A stretch of DNA of 64,000 nucleotides from Alphaproteobacteria bacterium. GTDB lineage: Bacteria; Pseudomonadota; Alphaproteobacteria; CAAGCB01; CAG-977. The notes beneath the pieces were generated by a model, which saw only the letters and a program-made list of their open reading frames with translations, had not been told where the DNA came from and ran no database searches. This document shows positions 20,121 to 29,889 of this stretch, piece by piece (positions within the stretch are counted from its first letter, which is position 1; every line of letters begins with the position of its first letter). Position numbers and translations under genes: made by a program. The stretch spans positions 13,113 through 77,112 of the forward strand of contig JAFVAT010000026.1 of assembly GCA_017480385.1 (NCBI GenBank). The letters run 5' to 3'.

Positions 20121-20278
20121 CAGAACAAGCTTTCTTTGTCACTTTATTTATATTTTAAACAAAGCGGCTATAAAAAGACAATCTTTATATCGATATATTT
20201 TCCTGTAGATTCCCTGTTTTTTTTCCTGTATAAAATAAGATTACGTACGAAAAAGCGATAAAGGCTGTTTTATTAACG

Positions 20279-21142
20279 ATGGACGATGGTTCTCAAAATT
20301 CTTTAAAGCCTCCGCCCTCTGCGAATGCGGCAGAAGACGGGCATATTCGTGTGTGTACATGGAATGTCAATTCCGTTAAGGTCCGCTTGCCCGCATTAAC
20401 AGCATACCTGCAGGACAAAAATCCCGATTTCATGATGTTGCAGGAAATCAAAACCGAAACGGCTTCTTTTCCTGCTTTTGAACTAAACGGTTTGGGATAT
20501 TATTCCTTGGCCCAAGGACAAAAAAGCTATAACGGCGTCGCTTTGTTATCCAAACATAAAATAGAACTGATCGCCGATACGCTGCCCGGTGCTCCGGACA
20601 ATGGAGAACAGGCTCGTTTTATTGAAGCTTACTGCCCTGCTTTAAAAACCCGCCTGATCAGCGTTTATGTTCCCAACGGCGAACCGCCCGCGACTGATCC
20701 GGACAGTTCTTATCGGCTGGAATACAAATTGGCTTGGCTGGACGCGCTGATCGCTTATGCGCATCGGTTAATGAATCAGGACGATCCCTTTATTATCGGC
20801 GGAGATTTTAACGTTATCGAATACGATGATGATGTTTATGATCCCTCCGTTTTCAAGGGCAGCGCTTTCACCATTTTGCCCGTCAGACAGCGTTTCCGTT
20901 CCTTTTATTACACCGGTTTGACCAACGCTTTGCGCCGCATGAAAAAAGAGGCGCCCGTTTATTCCTATTGGGATTACCGTGCAGGCGCTTGGGAAAAAAA
21001 TAACGGAATTTTGCTGGATCATCTGTTTTTATCGCCGACATGGGCGGATACGCTGTCCGCCGCAGCGATTGATTCGGGAACAAGAGGAGGAGAAAAGGCC
21101 TCCGATCACGCGCCGGTCAGATGTGATTTATCTTTACAATAA
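20279..21142 (+). CDS. xth: Exodeoxyribonuclease III
   Basis: TWNVNS, LQEIK, YNGVA, YVPNG, GDFN, YWDYR and SDHAPV motifs. Confidence 0.95.
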   Translation: MDDGSQNSLKPPPSANAAEDGHIRVCTWNVNSVKVRLPALTAYLQDKNPDFMMLQEIKTETASFPAFELNGLGYYSLAQGQKSYNGVALLSKHKIELIADTLPGAPDNGEQARFIEAYCPALKTRLISVYVPNGEPPATDPDSSYRLEYKLAWLDALIAYAHRLMNQDDPFIIGGDFNVIEYDDDVYDPSVFKGSAFTILPVRQRFRSFYYTGLTNALRRMKKEAPVYSYWDYRAGAWEKNNGILLDHLFLSPTWADTLSAAAIDSGTRGGEKASDHAPVRCDLSLQ

Positions 21143-21154
21143 CCAGAGGAAAAC

Positions 21155-22501
21155 ATGGATTCTCCTTCGTCTTACACTTTTCTAAAACTTTTTGCGGCTC
21201 TTGTTTTTGTGGCTGTTAACGCTTTTTTCGTCGCCGCAGAATTTTCAATCGTCAAGATCAGACGCTCCAGATTGGAAGAAATTGAAGCGCATGGCAGCAA
21301 AAGAGCAAAATTGGCGATCAAAATCACCTCTTCTCTGGATTCATATCTCAGCGCGACACAATTAGGCATTACTTTGGCTTCTCTGGCTTTAGGCTGGATC
21401 GGTGAACCGGCTCTGGCGGTCATTATGGATCCTCTTTTCGGCAGCTGGCTAAAAGATGATCCGATTCTGATGCACTCAATCAGTATCGCCGTTGCTTTTA
21501 CGATTATTACTTTGTTCCATGTTGTTTTCGGCGAACTGGTTCCCAAATCTATCGCCATTCAAAAAACGGAAACGGCAGTTATGCTGGTGTCCCGTCCGCT
21601 CTACTTATTTGCGCAACTTTTCCGTCCGGTGATTTACGTCTTTGACAATTTAGCCGCTTTTGCTTTGAAATTAATTGGCATTCAGCCCGCGCACAACAGC
21701 GATCTGGTTCATTCGGAAGAAGAAATAAAACTGATCGCCGGGGCGTCTCAACGCGGTGGAATCATTGACAAAACAGAAAGTGAAATCATCAAAAACGCGG
21801 TTGACTTTTCCGACAAAATTGCCCGCGAAATCATGGTGCCGCGCCAAGATATGGAATGCCTTTATCTGGAAAGTTCGTATGAAGAAAACTTTGACATTGT
21901 TAAAACCAGCAATCACACACGATATCCGGTTTGCGATGAAGACAAAGACAACATCATCGGCATGGTGCATCTGCGCGATATCCTGATGAAAGAAGGCGAA
22001 AAAGACATTTCCAAAATGCTGCGTGAAGTTCTTTTTGTCCCTGAAAGCTTATCCGTTTCGGAAATTCTGCATACAATGAAACGGCGACGGATTCATATGG
22101 CGATCGTAATTGACGAATACGGCGGCACATCGGGGTTAATTTCAATGGAAGACGTTTTGGAAGAGCTCGTCGGTGATATTCAGGACGAACATGACACAAC
22201 GAATGAGGTCTATGAAAAACGTTTGGACGACGGCACTTTTGAATTTTTAGGCATGACGCTGCTGGACGAAGCCATGGAGTACATGGGACTGCGTCCTTTG
22301 GAAGAACACGAAGAAGACACGATCGGCGGCTATGTATTCGGATTATTGGCCCGCAAGCCTAAGGTCGGCGATGTTGTAGACTGCCCGTTATGCAGCTTTG
22401 AAATTCTGGAAATTGATGGCTTCCGCGTGAAAAAAGTCAAAGCTTTTTTAAAAAAACTGGAAAACGAAGAAAATGACGACACGGCGGAAGAAGCCAGCTG
22501 A
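21155..22501 (+). CDS. HlyC/CorC (CNNM-CBS-CorC) family protein
   Basis: NAFFVAAEF, QLGIT, GELVPK, CBS pair, DEYGGTSG and EELVGDIQDEHD. Confidence 0.92.
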   Translation: MDSPSSYTFLKLFAALVFVAVNAFFVAAEFSIVKIRRSRLEEIEAHGSKRAKLAIKITSSLDSYLSATQLGITLASLALGWIGEPALAVIMDPLFGSWLKDDPILMHSISIAVAFTIITLFHVVFGELVPKSIAIQKTETAVMLVSRPLYLFAQLFRPVIYVFDNLAAFALKLIGIQPAHNSDLVHSEEEIKLIAGASQRGGIIDKTESEIIKNAVDFSDKIAREIMVPRQDMECLYLESSYEENFDIVKTSNHTRYPVCDEDKDNIIGMVHLRDILMKEGEKDISKMLREVLFVPESLSVSEILHTMKRRRIHMAIVIDEYGGTSGLISMEDVLEELVGDIQDEHDTTNEVYEKRLDDGTFEFLGMTLLDEAMEYMGLRPLEEHEEDTIGGYVFGLLARKPKVGDVVDCPLCSFEILEIDGFRVKKVKAFLKKLENEENDDTAEEAS

Positions 22502-22922
22502 TCATTTGCTGGAAAGACGTTTAGTTGAATTTTCATATGATAAAAGCAAAGAAAAATATGTTCGGCTGCTGGAAGCTTTTCGGATAATGGATGTTTTAGT
22601 GCCCTCCGTTCCGGCATCAAGGGAACTGCCGCTTGGCAATAGAGGGATTTTAGCCCCCTCCCTCTTTATTCCCGATGTACTTTACGTTGCTTCTTTGAAC
22701 AAAAGGCTGATGCCCGTTTTTTCTGATCAAAACAAAATACCGTCTGATTATGCGTCCTCGAAAACCGTTTTCATGCACTGTTCCGATTGGATTAAAGTTT
22801 TTCGTACAACAAAAAGCGAAGGCGTCATTCTTAATCCTTTTTCAGAGTACTCTTTTGTTCTGACTCCGGATCAGATTCGCGTTTTGTCGCTGTTTTCCGC
22901 AACAGCCGCGGAATATCGTTAA
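22473..22922 (+). CDS. SseB-like domain protein
   Basis: VLVP…MPVFSD…GVILNPF pattern resembles the SseB N-terminal domain. Confidence 0.55.
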   Translation: MTTRRKKPADHLLERRLVEFSYDKSKEKYVRLLEAFRIMDVLVPSVPASRELPLGNRGILAPSLFIPDVLYVASLNKRLMPVFSDQNKIPSDYASSKTVFMHCSDWIKVFRTTKSEGVILNPFSEYSFVLTPDQIRVLSLFSATAAEYR

Positions 22923-22954
22923 TTTTCAGCAGTTTGTATTAAAACGGCCTTTTT

Positions 22955-23584
22955 TTATTCTTCCTCGTCCGCTTCTGTTTCAAGTCTTTCCTTGCGATCG
23001 GATAAAATTTCATTTTCATATTTGAAATAAACCGGCTCCTGCGCGGCTTTCCATATTATAGCCCAATTCATTCAGGAACATCAAAGCCAGAGCGGACAAG
23101 GAATATTTCTTTCCCATATATTCCGCTTTTTTATCGGAAACGACTTTTGCTTTTTTACTTTCATCTCTTGTAAATGAAATTTCAGCCCCTATGGGGATTC
23201 TGGCGCTTGAAAAGGTAAACGGTGCCCGCAAACTTCTTTCCACTTTTGCATTTTCAAGCACTTTTCCCTGCTCATCAATCATTTCATTGTTGCCGAACTG
23301 AACTTCTTTTCCACCGATCGCCTTCAACAAGGATACCGCACGTTCCGCTGAAAGCGTAAAGGACTCGCGGTTTGATCTGACCCTATGATCCGCAAAAGCA
23401 TCATGAATAAATCGTTCTTTGACATCATACTCGTCAATTTCTATGGCATAGTGGCAACGAAAAGGAAGCGGAACCCTGTTGTGTCAAGCTTTCTTAATCT
23501 GCGTTCCAAATTTTGCGTAACGCCGATTTTAACCATATTGGGCAGCGCATCATTTGTAAAAATATAAATAATCCCTTTTGACAT
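22955..23584 (-). pseudogene. GIY-YIG (T5orf172-like) nuclease gene with two frameshifts
   Basis: Reconstructed MSKGIIYIFTNDALPNMVKIGVTQNLERRLRKLDTTG/VPLPFRCHYA…LGYN/WKAAQEPVYFKYENEILSDRKERLE…*. One base is missing at the G run 23474-23476 and one extra base lies near 23054. Confidence 0.8.
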
Positions 23585-23803
23585 CGGGCAATCCTTTGTT
23601 TGTTGATCAGGGAACACTTTATTGACGACTCTCCGCCTTGATAAGAAAAATTTTATGCACAGGCCGGCCTCCCGATCCACAAAAAAAATAAAACAGTCTG
23701 AAATCGCATACGGCTGCTTGACCGGCTCAGGAAAACTTATCAAAAAACGGCAGCTGCGGCACTTACTCATATGCTGTTTTAAGCTATACTTCGCTTTAAA
23801 CGC

Positions 23804-23838
23804 AAAAAACCCCGTTCTTAAAAACTAAGAACGAGGCT
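23804..23838 (-). terminator. Intrinsic terminator after tRNA-Asn
   Basis: Minus strand CCTCGTTCTTA…TAAGAACGGGG followed by a T6 run. Confidence 0.75.
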
Positions 23839-23844
23839 TATTGT

Positions 23845-23919
23845 TGGCTCCGCGAGTAGGATTCGAACCTACGGCCAATCGGTTAACAGCCGATTGCTCT
23901 ACCGCTGAGCTATCGCGGA
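23845..23919 (-). tRNA. tRNA-Asn (GTT)
   Basis: TCCGCGATAGCTCAGCGGTAGAGCAATCGGCTGTTAACCGATTGGCCGTAGGTTCGAATCCTACTCGCGGAGCCA; cloverleaf with encoded CCA. Confidence 0.97.
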
Positions 23920-23927
23920 AAAATCTT

Positions 23928-24001
23928 TGGAGGCCGAAACCGGAATCGAACCGATATCAAAGGATTTGCAGTCCTCTGCATAACCATTCTGCCATTCGGC
24001 C
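23928..24001 (-). tRNA. tRNA-Cys (GCA)
   Basis: GGCCGAATGGCAGAATGGTTATGCAGAGGACTGCAAATCCTTTGATATCGGTTCGATTCCGGTTTCGGCCTCCA. Confidence 0.97.
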
Positions 24002-24138
24002 CTCAAGCGGTTTGCTTTAAAAACAGATTTCTTATATCCTTTGTTTCTTTGTGCGTCAATAAAAAAATGAAACTTTTTTTCTTCTTTTTAAAAAAAGACA
24101 AGCTATGCTATAAAAGAAACTCTTGCAGGAAGGTAATT

Positions 24139-24828
24139 ATGCCCGGCATTTCAACGGAAAATTCATATAAAACGGCCAGACAGAATATGCTGTTGGGACA
24201 GCTCATTCCCAATCGGATCCACGATTTGCGCGTGCTGAATGCCATGGGAAGCGCGGCACGGGAACTGTTTTTGCCGGAACGGTTAAGAAGCCGCGCATAT
24301 GCCGATGAAACAATTTGTATTGATGCCCATACATTAATGTTTTCCCCCAGAATTTTCGCCTCTTTGCTACTTGCGGCTGAATTAACCCCCGATGATTTTG
24401 TCCTGAATGTCAAATCGGGCTCCGGATATTCCGCCGCCGTAATGGCCGGCATGGCTAAAGCCGTTGTTGCTTTGGAAAGCGATTCGGTTTTATGCGAAAT
24501 GGCCCAGCAAATTCTGATCAGCGCTGAAATAGATAATGTTGCCATTTTGAATCAAAATCCGGACGAAGGCTTTCCCTCTCAAGCCCCTTTCGATGTCATT
24601 TTTATAGAAGGCATTATTCCTCATATTCCCGAAAATTTATTGTTCCAATTAGCCGAAAATGGCCGCCTGATCTGTATTACGGCACAAAATCCGGAAGACG
24701 CCGGTCGTGTGACCAAAGTCGTCAAGCGCTGCGGCGCTCTGACGCACAGCGTTCTGTTTGATCTTGACTTAAGTGGTCTTCCGCGGAATCGCTTTTACAA
24801 AAGATTTGTTTTTGAAACAGTTTCTTAA
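24139..24828 (+). CDS. pcm: Protein-L-isoaspartate O-methyltransferase family protein
   Basis: ARQNMLLGQL, RELFLP, AYAD, APFDVIFIEG and QLAENGRL; conserved position before tolC-popZ-valS. Confidence 0.85.
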   Translation: MPGISTENSYKTARQNMLLGQLIPNRIHDLRVLNAMGSAARELFLPERLRSRAYADETICIDAHTLMFSPRIFASLLLAAELTPDDFVLNVKSGSGYSAAVMAGMAKAVVALESDSVLCEMAQQILISAEIDNVAILNQNPDEGFPSQAPFDVIFIEGIIPHIPENLLFQLAENGRLICITAQNPEDAGRVTKVVKRCGALTHSVLFDLDLSGLPRNRFYKRFVFETVS

Positions 24829-24901
24829 ATAGTTGTTGATATTAGGTCATAATTAACGTTAAAAAAGAACATAAGCTTTCTGTGTTGTGAAGGGGTGCAC
24901 C

Positions 24902-26329
24902 GTGAATTTAAAAAGAATCTTATCCGGAATATCTTTATCCGCCATGCTGATTGCAGGAACAGCCCAAGCTGAAACCTTAGAAGAAGCATTAACGTACACC
25001 TATGTCGCCAACCCGGAAATTCTTGCTCAAAGAGCGTATCTGCGGTCCGTTCAGGAAAAAATTACGCAAAGTCAGTCAGGCTATAAGCCGACCATTGCAG
25101 GGGAAGCGTCTTACGGATATTCCTATGCCCGCACCAAGACTTCTCCGATTTTCCAAGAAAACGAAAGCAAACCCGTCACTTTTGGCGTCACCGCCATCCA
25201 GCCGATTTTCTCGGGTTTTAACACCTCAGCCTCCGTTAAAGCGGCAAAATCTTTGTTTGAAGCGGAAAGCGCCAATCTGAAAAACACGGAACAAAGTGCG
25301 CTGATGAATGCCGTTATTGCGTATACAGACGTGATCCGGGCTTTGGCCGTTTTGAAATTAAACCAAAACAACGAAACCGTTTTGCAGCGTCAGCTGGAAT
25401 ACACACAAGATCGTTTTCGTGTCGGCGAATTAACCAAAACGGACGTTGCTCAGGCCGAAGCGCGTCATGCGGGAGCAGTGGCCGCAAAAATATCGGCTCA
25501 GGGTGATTTAAAAATCGCTTACTCGGCTTATCGCAAGGTCATCGGCAAGTTGCCCGACAAAATTTTTGAACCGGAAGTTCCGGCTGCCAAATTGCCGCAG
25601 ACCCTTGATGATGCTTTAGAGATCGCTTTAAAAAATAATCCGGCTGTTCAGGCTGCCGAAAAGCAGGCTCAGAGCGCTCAAAGCTCTATTGAGGCCGCTG
25701 AATCCGGTCATTACCCGACGTTGGAACTGCAAGCGGCTTATTTAAATATGCGCGCCGGAGCTCACGGAACCGCAGATTTGGGATTTGGCCCTGTTGAAAC
25801 AGGGCGAGCCCGTGAAGAAGATACGACTGTCAAGCTGGTATTAGACGTACCGTTCTACAGTGCGGGCGTCACTTCCTCTAAGGTACGGGAAACAAAATAT
25901 ACCGCCGGACAGGCACGCATCAATATCAACACAGTCAAGCGTTCTGTTATCCGCACGACGACCCAGGCCTGGGAAAATTACCAATCCATTCTGGCCTCTT
26001 TAACCTCTTTGGAGGAACAGGTCAGAGCTTCCGCATTGGCATTGGAAGGCGTCCGCTATGAAGAACAGGCCGGCGAAAGAACGATTCTTGATGTGCTTAA
26101 CGCCGAGCAGGAACTGTTAGATGCGCGCGTCAGTGTTGTTACCGCTAAAAAGAATTTGATTGATGCGTCTTATCAATTGATTTCAGCCATGGGCATGATG
26201 ACGCCGTCCGATTTGGGATTAGACGTTGCCCGTTACCGTAAAGCGGCGGCTGAATCGAATGAATTACCGGATCAGGATCAGGACGAAACGCAAAACACAA
26301 ATGAGAGGCAGGAAGAAACAAGCGTCTGA
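24902..26329 (+). CDS. tolC: TolC-family type I secretion outer membrane protein
   Basis: Signal peptide; ETLEEAL, RFRVGELTKTDVAQAEAR and GERTILDVLNAEQEL. Confidence 0.93.
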   Translation: MNLKRILSGISLSAMLIAGTAQAETLEEALTYTYVANPEILAQRAYLRSVQEKITQSQSGYKPTIAGEASYGYSYARTKTSPIFQENESKPVTFGVTAIQPIFSGFNTSASVKAAKSLFEAESANLKNTEQSALMNAVIAYTDVIRALAVLKLNQNNETVLQRQLEYTQDRFRVGELTKTDVAQAEARHAGAVAAKISAQGDLKIAYSAYRKVIGKLPDKIFEPEVPAAKLPQTLDDALEIALKNNPAVQAAEKQAQSAQSSIEAAESGHYPTLELQAAYLNMRAGAHGTADLGFGPVETGRAREEDTTVKLVLDVPFYSAGVTSSKVRETKYTAGQARININTVKRSVIRTTTQAWENYQSILASLTSLEEQVRASALALEGVRYEEQAGERTILDVLNAEQELLDARVSVVTAKKNLIDASYQLISAMGMMTPSDLGLDVARYRKAAAESNELPDQDQDETQNTNERQEETSV

Positions 26330-26407
26330 CGCAAAATAAAAATATCAACTTGCTCCTTTTTAACGAGGTGCTATATTAAGTTGATAACAAAGTTATATGG
26401 ACACAAA

Positions 26408-27127
26408 ATGACAGAACAGAATGAACCATCGATGGAAGCTATTCTTGCTTCTATTCGTAATATTCTCGCCGAGGATGAGGAAGACATTTCGGAAAATTCT
26501 TCCGAAAGAATCGAAATGCCGCCTGAACCTGAAGCACGCCCTGATAATAAACCAGCCGCATCGGACAATGCACCCGCTTTTTCTGAAGCCCTTGAAGAAC
26601 CAATGGCTGCGGCACCTGTTGATGAAACAAAAGAGGACGTTTCTTTTGCGCCTGTTCAGGATTCAGAGCCGATGGAAGAAGTGTTGGATTTAACGGCTGA
26701 AATGATTGTCGATGAACCGCAGCAGGTTTCTGAACCGGAAAATATGAACGCAGATAATTTTGTTCCTGAACAGGACGAAATTGAAGAAGATGATTTTACG
26801 CCTGAACCGGTTATTCCTCAGGAACCGATGAAAGAAGAAACACTGACGGATCTGATCAAAGAAACCGCAGGCCGGCAGTTTGATGATGATTTGCTGTTAG
26901 CGGAGCCGACAGTTATGGCGGCAACGGAATCGCTGGCTCATCTGCGTGATATTGCTGCCGAAAAGCAATTAAGCTTGGGCAACGGTGCCTTAACGATTGA
27001 AGCAATAGTCCGTGAAACGCTCAAACCTTATTTAAAAGAATGGCTGGACGCACATTTGCCCGAAATCGTAGAACGGGTTGTCAGAAAAGAAGTGGCCCAT
27101 ATTATGGACAGGCTTGATTTGAAATAA
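26408..27127 (+). CDS. popZ: Polar organizing protein PopZ (DUF2497)
   Basis: EPSMEAILASIRNI N-terminal helix, acidic Pro-rich linker, LKPYLKEWLDAHLPEIVERVVRKEV C-terminus. Confidence 0.92.
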   Translation: MTEQNEPSMEAILASIRNILAEDEEDISENSSERIEMPPEPEARPDNKPAASDNAPAFSEALEEPMAAAPVDETKEDVSFAPVQDSEPMEEVLDLTAEMIVDEPQQVSEPENMNADNFVPEQDEIEEDDFTPEPVIPQEPMKEETLTDLIKETAGRQFDDDLLLAEPTVMAATESLAHLRDIAAEKQLSLGNGALTIEAIVRETLKPYLKEWLDAHLPEIVERVVRKEVAHIMDRLDLK

Positions 27128-27224
27128 TCCGTTATCCCCTTTTATTTCCTCAAGCCTGAAAACTTGAGGAATATTTTTTTCACCATAAAATAAATCGCAA
27201 GGAATATTTAAAGAAGGAACGAAC

Positions 27225-29870
27225 ATGTTGGATAAAACTTATAATCCGGCCGAAGCTGAAACGGCTTGTTACGAAAAATGGGAACAATCGGGCGCTTTTG
27301 CCTGTCACCCCGCTTCGGACAAAGAACCTTACTGTATTATGATCCCGCCGCCGAACGTTACCGGAAACCTGCATATCGGCCATGCTCTGACCTTCACGCT
27401 TCAAGATTCCCTGATCCGTTATCAGCGTATGAAGGGCAAAGATGTCCTGTGGCAGCCGGGAACGGATCATGCCGGCATTGCAACGCAAATGGTGGTTGAA
27501 CGCCTGTTGGCAAAAGAAGGCATTTCCCGCCATGATCTCGGACGTGAAAAATTCATTGAAAAAGTTTGGGAATGGAAAGCCAAATCCGGCGGACAAATTA
27601 CCAATCAGCTGCGCCGTTTGGGAGCTTCTTTGGACTGGCCGCGCGAACGTTTCACAATGGACGAAGGTTTGTGCCGCGCCGTACGTCAGGAATTTGTCCA
27701 GCTGTACCGTGACGGTCTGGTTTATCGTGACAAGCGTCTGGTCAACTGGGACCCGCAGCTGCAAACCGCCATTTCCGATCTGGAAGTCGAACAGCGCGAA
27801 ACCGTCGGCAAGATGTGGTACTTTAACTACCCCGTCGAAAATGAGGAAGGACGCTTTATCACCATTGCGACGACACGTCCCGAAACATTGTTCGGAGATA
27901 CTGCCGTTGCCGTTTCCGACGAAGATGAACGCTATAAAGACATTATCGGCAAAAACGTCATTATTCCGATCTGTAACCGCGCCATTCCGGTTGTTGCCGA
28001 CGAACACGCCGACCCTGAAAAAGGAACCGGAGCGGTCAAAATCACGCCGGCGCACGACTTTAACGACTTTGAAGTCGGCAAACGGCATAATCTGCCGATG
28101 ATCAATATCCTGGATTCGACAGCGCATCTGAATGAAAACGTGCCGGAAGCTTATCAGGGACTTTCCACAGCCGAAGCCCGCATTAAAGTTTTGGAAGACG
28201 TTAAAGCTTTGGGACTGTTTGTCAAAGAAGAAGACAATCCGATGACAATTCCCTACGGTGATCGTTCCGGCGTCGTGATTGAACCGTGGCTGACCGATCA
28301 GTGGTTTGTTGACGCGCCGAAATTGGCCGAAGAAGCGATTAAAGTTGTTGAAGACGGCCGCATGGAGTTTGTGCCCAAGGCTTGGGAAAAGACATACTTT
28401 GAATGGATGCGCAATATTCAGCCGTGGTGTGTTTCCCGTCAGTTATGGTGGGGACATCAAATTCCGGTCTGGTACGGCCCCGACGGCCATTTCTTTGTTC
28501 AGGAAAACGCCGAAGACGCTCAAAAGGAAGCAGATGCCTACTACGGTCATCATGAAGACCTGACGCAGGACGAAGACGTGTTCGACACATGGTTTTCTTC
28601 AGGCATCTGGCCGTTTTCGACACTGGGCTGGCCCGATCAGACCGTTGAACTGAAGCGCTATTATCCGACAAACGTTTTAGTCACCGGCTTTGATATTATT
28701 TTCTTCTGGGTTGCCCGTATGGTGATGCTGGGCATGCATTTTATGAAAGACGTGCCGTTCAAAACCGTTTACATTCACGCTTTAGTGCGTGACGAACAAG
28801 GCCGCAAAATGTCTAAATCCAAGGGCAACGTGATCGACCCGCTGATTTTGGCGGACAAGTACGGCGTCGATGCAATGCGCTTTACTCTGGCGGCCATGGC
28901 GGCGCAGGGACGCGACGTTTTAATGAGCGAAAGCCGTGTTGAAGGCTACCGCAACTTTGTCACAAAGCTGTGGAATGCCGCGCGTTTCTGTGAAATGAAC
29001 GAATGCTCGCCCGTCGAAAATTTTGACCCGAAATCGGTCAAGGATTCGCTGAACAAATGGATTGTTTCCAAGACGGCGCAGGCGCATGCGAAAGTGACGA
29101 CCGCTTTTGATGAATACAAATTCAACGAAGCGGCAAACGCGGCGTATCAGTTCGCTTGGGGAACATTCTGCGACTGGTACCTGGAATTTGCAAAACCGCT
29201 GTTCTACGGCAACAACGAAGCGGCGAAGACAGAAACGCGCGCGACAGCCGCCTGGGTGCTTGACCGTATTCTGATCATGCTGCACCCGATCATGCCTTTC
29301 GTCACAGAAGAATTGTGGGGCAAGACCAACCGCGATCAGATGCTGATCGTGACGCCGTGGGGCAATTTGACGAATCTGATTGACACAAAAGCTGAAGAAG
29401 ATTTGGATTGGGTCGTCGGATTAGTGGCTGCAATCCGTTCTCTGCGTTCTGAAATGAACATCGCCCCTTCAGCCAAAATCACGATGCTGCTGGGCAATGC
29501 TTCCGATGCGGAAAAAGGCCGTTTAAAAACATTTGAAACATTAATAAAGACGCTAGCCCGTTTAGAAAAAGCTGAGGTGTCTGTTTCTGCCGATGATGCC
29601 AAGGGATCGGCTCAGGCGGTTTTCGGAACGGCGGAAATCCTGCTGCCTTTGGCCGGCGTGATTGATGTGGCGAAAGAAACGGAACGTCTGAACAAAGAAA
29701 AGGCGAATCTGGAAAAATCGATTGCCGGCATACAGGGACGTTTAAGCAACGATTCCTTCATTGCCAAAGCTCCGGCCAAGGTTATTGAAGAACAAAAAAC
29801 GCGTTTGGCCGAAGCGCAGACGGCTTTGGACAACGTCAATGCCGCTTTAGCCCGTTTAAGCGCGTTATAA
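27225..29870 (+). CDS. valS: Valine--tRNA ligase
   Basis: PPPNVTGNLHIGH, DHAGIATQ, KMSKS and a C-terminal coiled coil. Confidence 0.98.
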   Translation: MLDKTYNPAEAETACYEKWEQSGAFACHPASDKEPYCIMIPPPNVTGNLHIGHALTFTLQDSLIRYQRMKGKDVLWQPGTDHAGIATQMVVERLLAKEGISRHDLGREKFIEKVWEWKAKSGGQITNQLRRLGASLDWPRERFTMDEGLCRAVRQEFVQLYRDGLVYRDKRLVNWDPQLQTAISDLEVEQRETVGKMWYFNYPVENEEGRFITIATTRPETLFGDTAVAVSDEDERYKDIIGKNVIIPICNRAIPVVADEHADPEKGTGAVKITPAHDFNDFEVGKRHNLPMINILDSTAHLNENVPEAYQGLSTAEARIKVLEDVKALGLFVKEEDNPMTIPYGDRSGVVIEPWLTDQWFVDAPKLAEEAIKVVEDGRMEFVPKAWEKTYFEWMRNIQPWCVSRQLWWGHQIPVWYGPDGHFFVQENAEDAQKEADAYYGHHEDLTQDEDVFDTWFSSGIWPFSTLGWPDQTVELKRYYPTNVLVTGFDIIFFWVARMVMLGMHFMKDVPFKTVYIHALVRDEQGRKMSKSKGNVIDPLILADKYGVDAMRFTLAAMAAQGRDVLMSESRVEGYRNFVTKLWNAARFCEMNECSPVENFDPKSVKDSLNKWIVSKTAQAHAKVTTAFDEYKFNEAANAAYQFAWGTFCDWYLEFAKPLFYGNNEAAKTETRATAAWVLDRILIMLHPIMPFVTEELWGKTNRDQMLIVTPWGNLTNLIDTKAEEDLDWVVGLVAAIRSLRSEMNIAPSAKITMLLGNASDAEKGRLKTFETLIKTLARLEKAEVSVSADDAKGSAQAVFGTAEILLPLAGVIDVAKETERLNKEKANLEKSIAGIQGRLSNDSFIAKAPAKVIEEQKTRLAEAQTALDNVNAALARLSAL

Positions 29871-29889
29871 GTGACTATGGAGAAGCCGC

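Noticed and set aside
23585-23844. Possible attL/attR or integrative element at tRNA-Asn
   Set aside because: No duplicated tRNA 3' end and no integrase were seen in the window.
27180-28127. 315-aa antisense ORF within valS, and similar long antisense ORFs in glgB, dgt and the 38.8 kb gene
   Set aside because: These are shadow ORFs caused by codon bias of the real gene on the opposite strand; they have no motifs.
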